A DNA stretch of 64,000 bases from Planctomycetota bacterium (GCA_031409275.1 JANNXA010000055.1:32001-96000), one strand, 5' to 3'. Counted from the stretch's first letter, positions 9,617 through 19,237 are shown. Made by a program: numbers and translations. The notes: generated from the letters alone by a model not told the origin.

Positions 9617-10513
9617 GTGACCGAAGCACCGACGACCGCTACCACCAGCGAGTCCGCGCTCTCAGTGTCGGCGTACGCACAGCACCGCGGCGTCAGCCAC
9701 ACCGCCGTCCAGCGCGCGATCGCCGATGGCCGTTTGTCGCGCTCACTGGTACTTGCACCTGGGCGCCCGCCGCAGCTGTTGCCGAGCCTCGCCGACCTCG
9801 AATGGGAGGCCCACACAAGCCCAGCACACGCGCGCGCGACTGAATCCCCGACCCAGGTCACCGCCGCGTCGGCGCCGCGGATTTTCCCACCGCCGAGCGC
9901 TGAGCGGCGGAGCCCCACCGCCGACGACTATCGCCGGTCGCTGGTGCTCGAAAAGGTGGTGAAGACCAAGCTCGCCCAAGTCCGCCTCGACGAGCAACAG
10001 GGGCGTCTGATCGACGCGGCGGAAGCGGGGCACGCGCAGTTCGAGATCGCGCGCCTCGTTAGAAATCAGCTGCACGAACTGCCCGACCGGCTCGCCGACG
10101 AACTCGCACTCGAAAGCGACGCCCATCGCGTCCGCTCGATCCTGGCGCGCGAACTCGACGACGTGCTCCGCAAGCTCGCGCGCCGCCTCGACCCGAGCGT
10201 GGTGGTCCCACCAGCCGCGACCGCCCCGCTATCGCCAACGGTCCCGCGGATCGCGGCGCCGCTGCCCTCGCCGCCGCCCTCGCCGGCACCTACACCGACG
10301 ACACCACCCCCCTCTGCGATCGCGCGACCGACGCCTCCAACGTTGAAGACGCCGCCCGCTGCACCACCCGCCGAGTCGCAGGCTCTAACCGTGTCGCCGC
10401 GCGCTGCGCCCCCCACTCGGCACTTCCGCCCGCGCCTCTCGCAGCCGTCGCCACCCGCGCCGACACCACGCCCAACACCCTCAGAGGAGCGCCTCAATGC
10501 CCACCGCGCATGA
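9617..10513 (+). CDS. Terminase small subunit, Nu1-like, with Pro-rich tail (copy A)
   Basis: N-terminal HTH LSVSAYAQHRGVSHTAVQRAI; coiled coil with GRLID..LPDRLA; overlaps the terL start. Confidence 0.75.
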   Translation: MTEAPTTATTSESALSVSAYAQHRGVSHTAVQRAIADGRLSRSLVLAPGRPPQLLPSLADLEWEAHTSPAHARATESPTQVTAASAPRIFPPPSAERRSPTADDYRRSLVLEKVVKTKLAQVRLDEQQGRLIDAAEAGHAQFEIARLVRNQLHELPDRLADELALESDAHRVRSILARELDDVLRKLARRLDPSVVVPPAATAPLSPTVPRIAAPLPSPPPSPAPTPTTPPPSAIARPTPPTLKTPPAAPPAESQALTVSPRAAPPTRHFRPRLSQPSPPAPTPRPTPSEERLNAHRA

Positions 10514-12443
10514 CCTCTTCCGCCGGCAGTGGGCGCTCGGGCTCATGCCCGATGAGAAAGTCTCGCTTTGCGATTGGATCGAAGAGCACATCGTCCTCTC
10601 CGACGGCGAGACCAACTCGCCAGGCCCCTACCGCTTTCGGCGCACCCCTTATCTGCGCGCCGTGTTCGAGGCGCTCTCGCCCGACTCACCGGTGCAACGC
10701 GTCGTCGCAATGAAGGGGGGACAGCTCGGCTGGACCATCGGTGCCGCGGCGTTCGTCGGCTTTCTCATCGCGCAGGCGCCGCGCACGATCCTGTTCGTCT
10801 CGCCCACCGTCGATCTGGCGAAGCGCGCCTCAAGGCGCAAGGTCGGCCCGGTCCTAGAAAAGACCGAGATCGTCCGCGCACGGCTGCGCGACCTTGGACC
10901 GCGCCAGACCGGCAACACCACCCTCTTGAAGGAGTTTCCGGGCGGCGCGCTGCTCTTTGCTGGTGCCAACTCCGGTGCTGGTCTGCGCCAGACCTCCGCC
11001 GCCGTCGCGATCCTCGATGAGGTTGACATCTACCCAGCGTCGCTGCCAGGCGAGGGCGATCCGGTGCTCCTCGCCGAGCGCGCTACGAAGACCTTTCCCC
11101 GTAGAAAGCACCTCTACATCTCGACGCCGACGCTTGCCGGGCGCTCGCGCGTCGAGGAGCTTTACGCGCAGTCGGATCAGAGCCGCTACTTCGTCCCCTG
11201 CCCGACGTGCGGCCACTTTCAGGTCCTGGTCTTTCGCGACCGCGTGACCGGCAGGAAGGGGCTCTTGTGGGAAGGCACGCCTCCCAACCTGCGCGTCTGG
11301 TACGCGTGCGCTGCTTGCGCAGGCGCAATCGATGAGGGCAAGAAGGCCTGGATGCTCGAGCGCGGCGAGTGGAGAGCGCAGGTCCCGGCACTCTCGCATC
11401 ACTTCAGGGGCTTTCAGATCTCCTCGCTCTACGCTGCACCGGGCACGTTTTCTTGGCGCGACGTGGTCGAGCAGTTTCTGGCGGCCAAGGACGACGTCGA
11501 AAAGCTGCGCGTCTTCGTCAACCAAGTCTTGGGCGAAGTTTGGGAGGAGCGCGGCGACGCGCCGCCGTGGGAAGAGCTCTACCGGCGGCGCGAGAAGTAC
11601 CCGCGCGGCAGGGTCCCCGTGGGCGGCCTCGTGCTCACCGCAGGCGCCGACGTGCAACGCGATCGCATCGAGGTCGCCGTGGTCGCGTGGGGTAAGGGGC
11701 TTGAGAGCTGGTCGATTGACTACATCGTGATCCCCGGGGACTCCGCGACGGAGGCTCCTTGGAAGGAGCTCGACCGACTGCTCGCGCGGCCGTGGCCGCA
11801 TTCAAACGGCGTGTCGCTGCGCATCCGGGGGCTCGCGGTCGACTCCGGCTTCGAGACCCAGGGGGTCTACAACTGGACGCGTCGGAAGCCCGCCGACAGC
11901 GTCTTCGCCATCAAGGGCTCGGACGCGCTGTCGGCGCTGGTCGGACAGCCTTCGTACGTCGACTTCACCTGGAGGGGGCGTAAGGCCCCGCGCGCGATTC
12001 GGCTCTGGCACGTCGGCAGCAGCGTCGCCAAGCGCGAGCTCTACGGCTGGTTGCGACTGCAACCCCCTCTTCACCCCGAGCGTGGCGAGCCTTACCCACG
12101 CGGCTTCCTTCACTTCCCCGAGTACGACGAGGAGTACTTCCGCCAGCTGACCGCCGAACAACTCGTCGCCCGCGAGCGCCGCGGTGACCACAGGATCACC
12201 TACGTCTGGTCGAAGAAGCACGCGCGCAACGAAGCTCTCGATGCGACGATCTACAGCCGCGCCGCGGCCGCGATCATTGGCCTCGACCGCTACAGCGACG
12301 CCGACTGGCAGCGCGTCGCCGATGAATTGAAGCCGAAGCCACCCGCGCCAGTGACCCCGCCGGTGCGAAGGGTCCCGCCGCCGTCGCGTTATTCGAAAGG
12401 AGGGGAGTCGATGCGCGACTGGTGGGCGGGCCGGCGACGCTGA
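10497..12443 (+). CDS. Terminase large subunit, lambda gpA family (copy A)
   Basis: MKGGQLGWT, ILDEVD, ISTPT, CPTC/CAAC, AGADVQ, AVDSG, RNEALD. Confidence 0.92.
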   Translation: MPTAHDLFRRQWALGLMPDEKVSLCDWIEEHIVLSDGETNSPGPYRFRRTPYLRAVFEALSPDSPVQRVVAMKGGQLGWTIGAAAFVGFLIAQAPRTILFVSPTVDLAKRASRRKVGPVLEKTEIVRARLRDLGPRQTGNTTLLKEFPGGALLFAGANSGAGLRQTSAAVAILDEVDIYPASLPGEGDPVLLAERATKTFPRRKHLYISTPTLAGRSRVEELYAQSDQSRYFVPCPTCGHFQVLVFRDRVTGRKGLLWEGTPPNLRVWYACAACAGAIDEGKKAWMLERGEWRAQVPALSHHFRGFQISSLYAAPGTFSWRDVVEQFLAAKDDVEKLRVFVNQVLGEVWEERGDAPPWEELYRRREKYPRGRVPVGGLVLTAGADVQRDRIEVAVVAWGKGLESWSIDYIVIPGDSATEAPWKELDRLLARPWPHSNGVSLRIRGLAVDSGFETQGVYNWTRRKPADSVFAIKGSDALSALVGQPSYVDFTWRGRKAPRAIRLWHVGSSVAKRELYGWLRLQPPLHPERGEPYPRGFLHFPEYDEEYFRQLTAEQLVARERRGDHRITYVWSKKHARNEALDATIYSRAAAAIIGLDRYSDADWQRVADELKPKPPAPVTPPVRRVPPPSRYSKGGESMRDWWAGRRR

Positions 12444-12550
12444 CGGGGCGATGGTCGGAAGCTGGCGACGACTTCGGCAGGCGAACAAAGCCCCGCTCGT
12501 CATCGACTGGAGAGCGCCGCGCGCCGGTCGGGCGAAAGGGGGGGTGGCGG

Positions 12551-12740
12551 TGGCACGTTGCAGCTGCACGTTGCAGCTGCACACGATTCGCAGGCACCAT
12601 TTCGAACCATCCCCCCGGGGAAGGGGCGGACTAGGCGCCATATCTGCACGTTGCAGTTGCAACGCCGAATTTCGGTACCGGACCCAAGCGAACCAGCGCC
12701 GCGGACGCCACCCCCGGGCAAAGGGGGCGGCGGAGGACCC
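12551..12740 (-). promoter_or_regulatory. Putative cos packaging site A (cosQ-, cosN-, cosB-like)
   Basis: Minus strand GGGTCCT (12740-12734), 20 nt, GGGTGGCGTCCG (12713-12702); GCACGTTGCAG repeated 3 times in 12553-12657. Confidence 0.65.
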
Positions 12741-12888
12741 ATGCCCGGGGGGTAGGGGCGGGCTCCCAGGGGGCATTGGGAGCATGTCGCCGGCGGCGCT
12801 GACGCGCTGGACTAGACTCGGGCGACGAGCCGTGGCCGGGCGGCGACGACCGGCGGCGCGCGTCGAATTCATTCAGTCACACTGCCCA

Positions 12889-14046
12889 ATGACCACGGCT
12901 CAACCACACGGCCCGCCTTGTGACCCGACACCAGCGCTGCCTGCCAGAGCGCACGTCATCGAACTCACCCCCGAGCAGCGAGCGCTGCAGCGACTGCGCC
13001 GCTTACTCGCTCTGCACGAACGCATGCTCGACCGCGTACGCGGCATCGAGATCTTCGAACGAGCCGCCATCGTATTCCACGGGGGCGAGGGCACGGCGGA
13101 AGACTTCCGACTCCTCCAGGTTCACTCGCAACCGCATTCGAGGATGCTCGTTCGACACGCGACCAAGTTCGTGCGTGCGATCTCACGAACCCGGCTTTGG
13201 ATCGCACCGATCCTGCCTCGGCTCGCGTTGCTTCGTCCGAACCCGCGAATTTCGAGCGACTTTCCGGGAGCATCCGCTGCATCCGCCGCATGGACTGCGG
13301 TGGAGATCCTCGCACGTGAGTTGAACGGAGCCCGTCGATGCGAGCAGCACGCCGAGGCAGGGGTGTTCCGTGCGGGAGATCATCTCACCACCCAGCAGTC
13401 GGTCCCGGAGCGTTGGGAGTACGAGGTCCGACGGAATGGCGCCGTTTCGAATGCGAACAGCTCTCAACCAGGCGACGCTGAGACCGCAAGCGAAGAAGCC
13501 GAGCGACGGCATGCCGAGATCGTGCGAGAAGTAGCTGCCGCCCCGATCTGCTGGCCCGACCTCGCTCAGCTCCTCGCGCTTCTCGGGAAGCAGTGTCCAG
13601 CAGGGGCATTCTGGCGACTGAACGACGAGCTTGCCTACGAAGCCCTGCATTCACCGCTCGTCGACACGAACACCGTCCGGACCGCCGCCAAGTCAGCCGC
13701 TCCGGCCGCAGGCTCATCAGCACCCGCACCCAGCGCAGCCAAACCGGTCGCGCCACGCCGGCTCATTCGGGGTTGGGCGGCGATCCTGAAGGAGCTGGGG
13801 CTGCCTGCGAGCAGGAACAACCGACGACTTGTTCGAGACTACGCGGTGCGCAACGGCAGCCCGATCAAGCTAGCGAAGCGAACAGTGACCGTCTTTGCCG
13901 ACCTACTAGTTCCGTGGTGGAACAGCGTACTCAACGCAACGGAAGGCGACGGTTCGCCGCTGATCGCGCCGGCCGCCGAGTTGAACAACGAACACCAACT
14001 TCGCGCCGCCGGGATGCACTCGTTGCGACGGCCGGCATCAGGCTGA
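12889..14046 (+). CDS. Hypothetical protein with possible C-terminal DNA-binding domain
   Basis: Long ORF; LIRGWAAILKELG..VRDYA resembles an HTH; same position as 45322-46140 in copy B. Confidence 0.5.
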   Translation: MTTAQPHGPPCDPTPALPARAHVIELTPEQRALQRLRRLLALHERMLDRVRGIEIFERAAIVFHGGEGTAEDFRLLQVHSQPHSRMLVRHATKFVRAISRTRLWIAPILPRLALLRPNPRISSDFPGASAASAAWTAVEILARELNGARRCEQHAEAGVFRAGDHLTTQQSVPERWEYEVRRNGAVSNANSSQPGDAETASEEAERRHAEIVREVAAAPICWPDLAQLLALLGKQCPAGAFWRLNDELAYEALHSPLVDTNTVRTAAKSAAPAAGSSAPAPSAAKPVAPRRLIRGWAAILKELGLPASRNNRRLVRDYAVRNGSPIKLAKRTVTVFADLLVPWWNSVLNATEGDGSPLIAPAAELNNEHQLRAAGMHSLRRPASG

Positions 14047-14145
14047 CCGCCCAAGCTGCACAGGTCCCCCGAGCGGAACGGGCGGATGGCTCGCGGGGCC
14101 TCATGATGTCATTGACGTCACGGACACCGAATCGCGGCCGCGCGA

Positions 14146-14190
14146 TGACCAATCTTGACCAATCTTGACCACTGTCGACCAACCTTGACC
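14146..14190 (+). repeat. 10-bp tandem repeat, ~4.5 copies (TGACCAATCT)
   Basis: TGACCAATCT TGACCAATCT TGACCACTGT CGACCAACCT TGACC. Confidence 0.85.
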
Positions 14191-14270
14191 GTACGGCCGG
14201 CGCAAGGCACCCCCTCCCATGAGGCCACGCATTTCGCGTCGGCCGACGGCGCAAGCCACGGGAGGGTCCG

Positions 14271-14606
14271 ATGCGTGTTCCGTGTTCCACCGGTGAAGCC
14301 GCTCGATTCCTTGGGACGACTGAGCCGCGACTGGCTGAGACGGTTCGTCGCGGTCGGGTGAAACCGCCTCCGGCGATCGTTGCCGGGCGTCGACTCTGGC
14401 TCCCCGCGCAACTCGCCCAAGCGGCGAGCCTGCTCGGCCTGCTGACCAATCAGCTGGCGGAGCGCCTCGGCGGTCTCGAGGAAGCCAGACACTTTGACGG
14501 TGACGCCAGAACCACCCTCGAGCGACCGATTGCGGACACGGCGCTGCGGCAGGACGAGGCGGTCAGCTTGCGCGCCACCAGATCAGGGACACGGACCGCG
14601 ACCTAG
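14271..14606 (+). CDS. Excisionase/MerR-like HTH protein
   Basis: STGEAARFLGTTEPRLAETVRRGRV..GRRLW; GGAGG upstream. Confidence 0.7.
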   Translation: MRVPCSTGEAARFLGTTEPRLAETVRRGRVKPPPAIVAGRRLWLPAQLAQAASLLGLLTNQLAERLGGLEEARHFDGDARTTLERPIADTALRQDEAVSLRATRSGTRTAT

Positions 14607-14678
14607 CTCAGACAATCGACCGCTCCCGCACGGGCACCTTGACCGGGCACGCCCGAGCGGGAGCAGGGGAGAACTTGC

Positions 14679-15734
14679 GTGGACCATCCTAACGGCAACG
14701 CCAGGAAGAAGACCGCCGAATTCGAGCCAGTCGAGTTCGAACGCGGCAAGTGGAAGTCATTCGAGACGTACGCGACGGACTTCCTTACGAACACGGCCGC
14801 GCTCCCACTCGCAGCGGTGGGCGTCTACAGCCGGATGCGCGCATCGATCTGGGCCTACGGCAACGGCTGGTCGTTGACCGCGACGCTGCTCGCATGGCTC
14901 ACGCACAGCGGAGCTCGTGATTCCACCGAACTTGACGCCGCGATCGAGGTGCTCGAGCAACGCGGCATTGCCATCTTTGAGCGCGATGGCCTGAACTTGA
15001 CCGTGATCGAACCCTACATGCACGCCGACCTGCGGCGGAAGGAGAAGCGGCGCACGCAGAAGGTTCGGTCTCGGAAGACATCGCGTGAGACAGGGCATGC
15101 CACGTCTGTCGGGACATCGCACGCGACATCGCATGCGACATCGCATGAGACGTCGCATGAGACGTCGCGCGAGACATCGGTACTTCCTCCTTCCTCTGTC
15201 CCCCTTCCTCCGACCTCCACCTCCCCTGCCACTGCGACCAAGGCAAAGACCGCATCTCCGATTGGAGATGCTCGTCCCGCTGGCGCGGGACCAGCCGGGA
15301 CCGACTCGGGGCACCTTCCGCCAAATGCTCGACCAGGGCGTTCACCGCTGCGCATCGACTCTGCCGAGGTCGAGGCGGTCATCGCGCACTACGTCAGCTA
15401 CCACCCCAAGGCATTCCCAGGAGACAGGGAACGACGCCTCATCTGCGCGCGCCGGAAGGAGGGGTACTCGCCGGCCGACCTCTGCGAGGCCATCGACGGT
15501 TGCCACCGCTCGCCGTTCCACTGCGGCGTGAACGAGCGTGGCACGAAGTACCAATCGCTCGAGCTCATCGTCCGCGACTCAACGCGCGTCGCGCAGTTCA
15601 TCGAGATTGCCCGCGCCCCGCCCGCCACTGGTCCGATCACGCATCGCCAGTCGGCCGAGGACGCTGCCGAGGCGCGACTCCTCGCCCGCGCCGGCCTCCC
15701 ACCGAAGGAGCGTGCTAACCATGAACGCACTTGA
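14679..15734 (+). CDS. Putative phage-type replication initiator
   Basis: YATDFLTNTAAL..GVY N-terminus (YdaU/DUF1376-like); internal repeat linker; C-terminal ARRKEGYSPADLCEAID..SLELIVRD. Confidence 0.6.
   Translation: MDHPNGNARKKTAEFEPVEFERGKWKSFETYATDFLTNTAALPLAAVGVYSRMRASIWAYGNGWSLTATLLAWLTHSGARDSTELDAAIEVLEQRGIAIFERDGLNLTVIEPYMHADLRRKEKRRTQKVRSRKTSRETGHATSVGTSHATSHATSHETSHETSRETSVLPPSSVPLPPTSTSPATATKAKTASPIGDARPAGAGPAGTDSGHLPPNARPGRSPLRIDSAEVEAVIAHYVSYHPKAFPGDRERRLICARRKEGYSPADLCEAIDGCHRSPFHCGVNERGTKYQSLELIVRDSTRVAQFIEIARAPPATGPITHRQSAEDAAEARLLARAGLPPKERANHERT
15078..15179 (+). repeat. 12-bp tandem repeats inside the initiator gene (candidate iterons)
   Basis: ACATCGCACGCG ACATCGCATGCG ACATCGCATGAG ACGTCGCATGAG ACGTCGCGCGAG, encoding TSHA/TSHE/TSRE. 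Confidence 0.8.
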
Positions 15735-16287
15735 ACTCCCCGTCCTCTTCCATGAGCTGAGGAAGCTCTGCACGATCCATGGTCGGGTTTTCGACGAGAT
15801 GCTTGGCGAGACCTACGCCGAGACGTTGGCGGACGTGCCGATCAAGACCATCGTCGCGAACGCGCACGCGGCCATGCTCGCCGCACGCTTCCCCCGGCCG
15901 GTCGATCTCATGGCCGAAGCGAACGTGGAATCCCCCGAAGTCGCTGCGGTAAGGGCGTGGACCCTAACGCGACCGCACTTTGCGCGTCACACCCTGCCCG
16001 CTGATCCCATCGCGCGTGAAGTGGTGCGACTCCTGGGAGGCTCCGCAGCGATCGGCGGCAAGGACTCCGACGAGGTTGAGCGTTGGGTTCGCAGGGAGTT
16101 CCTTCGGCTCTACATCGAGTGCACCACGGACGCCAAGCGGCAGGAGATCGTCCGAGCCGCGCTCGATCGACCCGCCACTCGCGGCGTAGGAAGCGGCGAT
16201 GTGAACAGCAAGGACGGCCACACCATTCGGTCCGCGCTGCCGGAGAGCGCGTTAGAGCCGCGGAAGAAGGGGGCGGCGACGCCATGA
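15721..16287 (+). CDS. Putative helicase loader/initiator partner (DUF6475-like)
   Basis: RFPRPVDL, AW, DPIAREVVRLLGG, RREFLRLY; overlaps the initiator gene. Confidence 0.55.
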   Translation: MNALELPVLFHELRKLCTIHGRVFDEMLGETYAETLADVPIKTIVANAHAAMLAARFPRPVDLMAEANVESPEVAAVRAWTLTRPHFARHTLPADPIAREVVRLLGGSAAIGGKDSDEVERWVRREFLRLYIECTTDAKRQEIVRAALDRPATRGVGSGDVNSKDGHTIRSALPESALEPRKKGAATP

Positions 16288-16496
16288 CCCCTCGCCTCGA
16301 CCCGACAGCCATGGCACCCACCGAACGCAAGGCTGAACTCGCGGCCCTTCTCGCCGCGGCTTACCTGCGCCTGCTCGCCTCCCGAAATGACCTTGAGTCG
16401 AGCCCCCAAGGCGAGCCCTCATGCGCACGGGTTGACCGACGCGAGAGGCACGGGGCTTCCGGCGTCGCAGCGACCCAGAAGGAGGACCACCGATGA
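16284..16496 (+). CDS. Small conserved protein preceding DUF2924 (copy A)
   Basis: ERKAELAALLAAAYLRLL; paralog at 49557-49766; ATGA overlaps on both sides. Confidence 0.65.
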   Translation: MTPRLDPTAMAPTERKAELAALLAAAYLRLLASRNDLESSPQGEPSCARVDRRERHGASGVAATQKEDHR

Positions 16497-16960
16497 CACC
16501 CCTTGATGCCGAGCTCGCCGCGCTGCGCGCGCTTGCACCGGCCGCGCTCGCCGCCCGCTTCCGCACCGAGTTCGACCGCGAACCACGCTCGAAGCAGCCT
16601 GCATGGCTGCTGCGCCGCCTCGCCTTCAAAGCCCAGGAGCGCCGCCTGGGGGGTCTCTCCGAGGTCGCGCGGCGCCGCCTCGAAGCGCTGATCGCCGAGA
16701 TCGAGCTGCCCTTCAACCAGTGCGACCATGTGATGTCGCAGCGCCTTACACGAGCGCGGCGCCGCGGCGACCCGCTACCCGGCAGCACGCTCACCCGCGT
16801 CTGGCGCGACCGAGCGCTCGTCGTCCGTGTGCTCGACTCGGGGTTCGACTTCGACGGCACGGTCTACAAGAGCTTGAGCGCCATCGCGAAAGTCGTGACC
16901 GGCACCCACTGGAACGGCCGCCTTTTCTTCGGGCTCGCGGGACGCGGAGCGCAGCCATGA
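16493..16960 (+). CDS. DUF2924 family protein (copy A)
   Basis: RRLAFKAQERRLGGLS..PGSTLTRVWR..YKSLSAIAKVVTGTHWNGRLFFGL. Confidence 0.88.
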   Translation: MTPLDAELAALRALAPAALAARFRTEFDREPRSKQPAWLLRRLAFKAQERRLGGLSEVARRRLEALIAEIELPFNQCDHVMSQRLTRARRRGDPLPGSTLTRVWRDRALVVRVLDSGFDFDGTVYKSLSAIAKVVTGTHWNGRLFFGLAGRGAQP

Positions 16961-18543
16961 GCCCGACCGTGACGCCCTCCATGCGGCGCACCGCCACCAC
17001 CAGCGCACCGCCGAAGCGAGTCGCGGTCTACACGCGGCAAAGCGTCGACCGCGGCGACGAGTACGGCTCGACCGATGCGCAGCGCGAAGCCATCGTCGCC
17101 TACGTCACCTCGCAGCGCGCTCACGGCTGGGTCGCACTCGCAGCCCCCTACGACGATCGCGGTGAGTCTGGGTCAACGCTCGATCGCCCCGCGTTCAAGC
17201 GCCTGCTGCGTGATGTCGAGGCCGGCGATGTCGACGTGATCGCCGTCTACAAGATCGACCGCCTCTCGCGCTCGCTCCTCGACTTCACGCAGCTGATGCG
17301 GCGCTTCGAGGAGAGGGGGGTGGAGTTCGTGTCGGTGACGCAGCAGTTTTCGACGTCGACCAGCGTCGGCCGCATGACCTTGAACCTCCTTGCCACGTTC
17401 GCCCAGTTCGAGCGCGAGACCATCAGCGAGCGCACCCGCGACAAGATCGCCGCCACCCGCCGCAAGGGCATGTGGACCGGTGGGCACCTCGTCCTCGGCT
17501 ACGACGCGGTCGACGGCAAGCTCCGAGTGAACGCCGCCGAGGCGGAGCGCGTTCGCACGATCTTCGACCTCTACCGCCAGGCCAGGTCGCTCCACCCGGT
17601 GGCCGCCGAGCTGCGCGAGCGCGGATGGACGACCAAGTCATGGACCAACCGCGCGGGGGCCGTGGTCGCAGGCCGGGCGTTCTCGGTGCCGACGCTGCGC
17701 CGCCACCTGGAGAACGCCCTCTACGTCGGTCAGGTCCGGCTCGGCGACGAGATCCATCCGGGCGCGCACGAGGGCATCGTCGACCGCGCGCTGTTCGACG
17801 CCGTGCAGGACCTCCTCGCCGCGACGACCAGCCAACGTCCCGCCCTCCCGAAGCGCAACAAGTGGGGGGTGCTGCTGCGCGGCCTGCTCCACTGCGGCGC
17901 CTGCGCCAGCACGATGGTCCACCACTTCGCGAGTCGCGGGACTCGCCGCTACGGCTCCTACGTGTGCGCCCGCTACGCAAAGTCCGGCGCCGCGGCGTGT
18001 CCGGGTGCGCGGATCGCGGTCGGCGCCATCGAAGGGTTCGTGGTCGAACGGCTGCGCGCGATCGGGCGCGAGCCCGGACTGGTCGCGGCCACGCTCGCCG
18101 CCGCGCAGCGCGCCCTCGCCGAGCGCCGGCCGGCCGCGGAGAAGGAGATCGCGGGCTGCGAGGTCGACCGCAGAGGATTGCGCGACGAGCGCAAGCACCT
18201 CGTCGCCGCGGTCGGGAGAGGTGGCCAAGGATCGGCCCAGATCCTCGAACGACTCGGGGCGCTCGACTCCGGAGTCACCGCGCTCGACGAGCGGGAGCGC
18301 GCGCTTCGGCGCGAGATTGCGGCGCTTGAGGCGGCGGCGATTGATCCCGACGACCTGCGTGCGGCGCTCACGGCGTTCGACCCCCTGTGGGCGCGGCTCA
18401 GCGTGGCCGAGCGCACGCGCGTGATGCACCTCTTGCTCGAACGGGTGACCTTCGACGGCCGCACCAACGACGTCGCCATCACCTTCCGCGCGAACGGCCT
18501 GCGCTCGGTCGCCGCGGCGGCGAGCGGAGACGAGGCCCCCTGA
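16957..18543 (+). CDS. Large serine recombinase (copy A)
   Basis: AVYTRQS catalytic Ser, SGSTLDRPAF, KIDRLSRS, recombinase domain, CGAC..YVC..C zinc ribbon, coiled coil. Confidence 0.93.
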   Translation: MSPTVTPSMRRTATTSAPPKRVAVYTRQSVDRGDEYGSTDAQREAIVAYVTSQRAHGWVALAAPYDDRGESGSTLDRPAFKRLLRDVEAGDVDVIAVYKIDRLSRSLLDFTQLMRRFEERGVEFVSVTQQFSTSTSVGRMTLNLLATFAQFERETISERTRDKIAATRRKGMWTGGHLVLGYDAVDGKLRVNAAEAERVRTIFDLYRQARSLHPVAAELRERGWTTKSWTNRAGAVVAGRAFSVPTLRRHLENALYVGQVRLGDEIHPGAHEGIVDRALFDAVQDLLAATTSQRPALPKRNKWGVLLRGLLHCGACASTMVHHFASRGTRRYGSYVCARYAKSGAAACPGARIAVGAIEGFVVERLRAIGREPGLVAATLAAAQRALAERRPAAEKEIAGCEVDRRGLRDERKHLVAAVGRGGQGSAQILERLGALDSGVTALDERERALRREIAALEAAAIDPDDLRAALTAFDPLWARLSVAERTRVMHLLLERVTFDGRTNDVAITFRANGLRSVAAAASGDEAP

Positions 18544-18595
18544 CCGCATGTCGACGACACGAACGACCAGCCCCGCGCACCAAGGAGACGAAGCC

Positions 18596-18988
18596 ATGCC
18601 AGCACTGACGGTGACCGGCCGCCTTGAGCGACCAGCGGCCCGACCGAGGACGGTTGCGCGCGATCCCGAACCCGGAGTCGACGGCGTCCCCAACGGGCCC
18701 GCAGCAACGCCGCCCATGCCGAGACCGGCCGGGACAGCACGTGTGGCGCGGCAGCTCGCGCTCGCTTACCACGTCGAGGCGCTGGTCGACTCCGGTTCAG
18801 TGCGCGACTACGCGGCGGTCGCGCGCGCGCTGGGGCTCACGCGCGCCCGCCTGTCGCAGATCGTGGCCCTGCGCTGGCTGCCGGTGGCGACCCAGGAAGC
18901 GATCTTGACCGGCGCTTCGACCGCGTCGGAGCGTCAGTTCCGCGCGGCGGCGGGTTCGCCTTGCAAGCGCGCCGACACCTCGCCCTGA
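18596..18988 (+). CDS. HTH protein downstream of the recombinase
   Basis: LALAYHVEALVDSG..AVARALGLTRARLSQIVALRWL; AGGAG upstream; paralog at 52139-52480. Confidence 0.7.
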   Translation: MPALTVTGRLERPAARPRTVARDPEPGVDGVPNGPAATPPMPRPAGTARVARQLALAYHVEALVDSGSVRDYAAVARALGLTRARLSQIVALRWLPVATQEAILTGASTASERQFRAAAGSPCKRADTSP

Positions 18989-18996
18989 TCGCCGCC

Positions 18997-19224
18997 ATGA
19001 ACGAATCGCCGCACGACCAGCCGAAGTCGACCTCGCCGCCGAAGCCGCGGCTCAAGCTCATCGGCCGCGACGGGAACGTCTTCAACGTGATCGGTCTCGT
19101 TCGTCGGCGCCTGATCGACGCGGGCCGCCCAGACGCCGCCGCTGAGTTCACGGAGCGAGCGACGCGCACCAGCAGCTACGACCACGTCCTCCAACTCGTC
19201 TTCGAGTACGTCGACCCGTACTGA
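18997..19224 (+). CDS. Small conserved phage-type protein
   Basis: LIGRDGNVFNVIG..SYDHVLQ; close paralog at 53339-53566. Confidence 0.75.
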   Translation: MNESPHDQPKSTSPPKPRLKLIGRDGNVFNVIGLVRRRLIDAGRPDAAAEFTERATRTSSYDHVLQLVFEYVDPY

Positions 19225-19237
19225 CCGGAGCACCGCC

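Noticed and set aside
12451..12888. N-terminal 146 aa of the 531-aa ORF
   Set aside because: Runs through the cos-like repeat region with low-complexity translation; ATG 12889 is more plausible
14146..15179. CRISPR array
   Set aside because: Repeats are contiguous 10-12-mers without spacers; no cas genes seen in the window
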